The notes under the pieces are model-generated. The model ran no database searches. It was not told the origin of the DNA and worked only from the letters and a program-made list of their open reading frames with translations. From Octopus vulgaris (lineage: Eukaryota), in the NCBI GenBank assembly GCA_951406725.2, contig OX597831.1:53320001-53384000 (forward strand): 64,000 nt of DNA. Direction: 5' to 3'. A program made the translations under genes and the position numbers. This document shows, one piece after another, positions 61,287 to 64,000 of this stretch; the stretch's first letter is position 1, and each line of letters begins with the position of its first letter.

Positions 61287-64000
61287 TTAAAGTCATTCAG
61301 CTCAACAATTATGTTCTGGGGAGCATAAGAACTACAATAATTTTATTGCTGAGAAGAAAAGTATGGTTGAGTGGTTAAAAAGGTTGCTTCCCAATTATGG
61401 GTTCAGTCCTACTGTACAGCACCTTGGGCAAGTGTTTTCTACTATAGCCCCAGTTTGACCAAAGACCTGTAAATAGATTTGGTAGATGGAATGAGAAATT
61501 ATTATACATGCACATGTATGTGCATGTCTTGAGATCATGTGATGGTGGTAAATGAGCATCACTGTCATACAAGCCATGCCACTCATTTCCATTCTTCCAT
61601 GAAAAAATATTTAGCTATAGGGAAATATTAACTCGTTTAGAAACAGGTGGGCAACAGGAAGAGCATCCAGTAGTAGGAAAATCAACCTCAACAAATTCCA
61701 TTTGACCCATAAGAGCATGGAAAAGTGGACATTTGATGGTGAGGATTCTTTTGGTAGTTACATTAAAGTATATATGAAGGCAGTGAATAAGTAGTTTTTA
61801 AAAGCATTGGATTGAGTGCCTTGTGGTATTTGTTATGGCTCATGGCATTCTGGTGGTAACAGCTGACGACATTAATGCCAATCTATATTCGTTGTCTTTT
61901 CTATGGAGGACATCGTGGTGTGGGGAGGGGAGACGAGATAGCACAGGCAACTGCTTGTCTTCCATAAAAATCTTGCAAAGACACCTTGGAGAGGAATTTT
62001 CCAGGTGTACATCTTATGGTTACACAAGATTCACAGAGGTCAAGGACATGATATATGGTGTTGAATACTTTTTAATAATGTTATGCAGTTCAATGCTTTT
62101 AACATTTGTAGTGAAACAAATTAACTTATTAATTTTGAGGATATGTAAAAGTTATATTGTTTTGTATGTCAGAAAGATACTCAGCTTCCATACAAACCAG
62201 CTTGTAATTTTAATTAAATATTAACTTCTAGCTATCTTTATGATTGATTATCAGCTAAATACTATTTCATTACCTTTATTTTAGGCATTTCACAAAGCTT
62301 TCATGGATTACAAAATTGAACTGTTATCATGTATCATTCATACCAAAAGAGTAGAGGCCTACCATTCCAATATACCAAGATGTAACACTGATCTATGCAA
62401 CAAACTGTTACTGGTTTTTAAAGCGGCATGTCTGCCTGTCATCAATTATGGAAAGTATTTGACAAGTGTAAGTCAATCTATTTACAAATTAATAAAAGAG
62501 AAATTCATTTATTCCAATACCTGGATTCTAATACAACTGTTTTATTTGAACACAATCATAGTCTTAAGAAACATCATACAATCAATAACTCCAATGCCTG
62601 AAGATTGTTAAGATTTCTTTCTAAGGTATCTAATCATAGTAACCACTAATGAAACCACTTAATTGTTGCTTGACCTGCTAAAAATAGCAACAAAATCCTT
62701 TTGAAATCATTAAGGAGACAGTGGCTATCCATTATCTTTCTTAAGTCATTGGACAATGGTCATGATGGAGCACTGGCTTGAAGAGTTTAGTCGAATAATG
62801 AACCTCAGCACTTATTCTATTATCTCTTTTGCTGAACGGCTAAGTTATGGGAAGGTAAACAAACCAACACCAGTGGTCAAGCAGTGGGGATGGACAAACA
62901 CAAAGACATGCATAAATACACACACACACACACACACACAATGGTTTTCCACAGTTTCCATCTACCAAATTCACTCACAAGGCATTAGTTGGCCTGGAGT
63001 TATAGTAAGAGGCTTGCCCAAGGTGCCATGCAGTGGGATTGAACCACAGTTACAAAGTGAGCTTCTTAAACCACAGTCATGCCTGCACCTAATGCAGTCT
63101 GGGAGTGGAGGAAAGATGGGACAGTCATTATTGAAACATATTTGATGATGACTAACCTGGAGCTAAGCAACAATGTGTTATTTTTGGTGAAATGACCTGT
63201 TGTCCCTAAAACATGAATTACTCTTGTGTGAGGTATCAAAAATTTCCTAATACCAATTTGTCATTGAAATTAATTACCTCTATCAGTCTAGTTTAAGTGT
63301 CCCTTCTACTGTTATTTTGTCTCCAGCCCCATCTTTTGCTTTCAATATAACCCTCACTCTTACACTATTAGTCCAATTGCTTCAATATAACTGAGACAAC
63401 ATACAGTAGTCTGGATCTTTCTCATTTCGCAGGCTAGTCTCAATAAAAAACTCAGTACACAGTAATGTGAACTGCAAACAAATGAAGACAATGTTAATCT
63501 TGGGGACGCTTTAGTCTTATGTTCAGGAAACATTTCTGGTGTTGGCACTACAAAGACGAACCCAGCACACTTTGTAGAGTGGTTGGTATTAAGAAACAGC
63601 ACCCAGCTGTAAAATTCATGCCAAAATACAATGTACAAGAGAGGCATTTAGGAGGGCAGTAATTCCAAATAAGAATTGAACTGGAATAACTTGTCCAAAA
63701 ACATACCTGTGTGGAAAGTTGATTTAAAATGAAGAGTTGTAAAATCCTTGATTTTGAGAGCTTACTAATTCTAATCTGTCAAAACAATTTTATGCCTTTT
63801 CTATATTTTACGGCCTTATTTATATACTAACAGCAAAAAGTTAATTCTTCCATATCTACTTATTTTACAAATGGATGTCTTAAGCAGTAACTAGCCAAAA
63901 TGAAGTTAGTCAGAAGCAAGCTGACTATCTCACCACACATTGCTCAAACTATCAACTATTATAAGTATGGGTACTAATATTTTGCACAAATACACACACA

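Overview
AT-rich, repeat-dense animal genomic DNA with GT-AG spliceosomal genes. It is almost certainly a coleoid cephalopod (Octopus-like), judged by my recognition of the SINE families; this was not verified by search. Three genes can be assembled by hand from splice sites, exon phases and protein motifs. (1) ELMOD3, an ARF/ARL GAP, on the minus strand: 7 coding exons between 14540 and 1352, with the 3' end left of the window. (2) A complete MRPS18C (mitoribosomal bS18m, 191 aa) on the plus strand: 5 exons, 20626-39895, head-to-head with ELMOD3 across a CpG-retaining promoter with two RFX X-box-like sites. (3) The 3' half of the E3 ligase KCMF1 on the minus strand, 58410-44438, tail-to-tail with MRPS18C. 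It has two frame-preserving candidate cassette exons, a long Gly/Ser tail and a transposon-free downstream region of about 4.4 kb. Introns contain tRNA-derived SINEs, RTE and CR1-like LINE fragments, Tc1/mariner remnants, piggyBac-like and mariner MITEs, non-autonomous Helitrons and microsatellites. They also contain Penelope-like repeats that carry minimal hammerhead-ribozyme motifs and form long fold-backs in (TA)n tracts. Almost all entries in the ORF track are artefacts of repeats. I found no unambiguous new biological system. The best leads are the KCMF1 cassette exons (one with an internal hairpin) and the hammerhead/fold-back element clusters.
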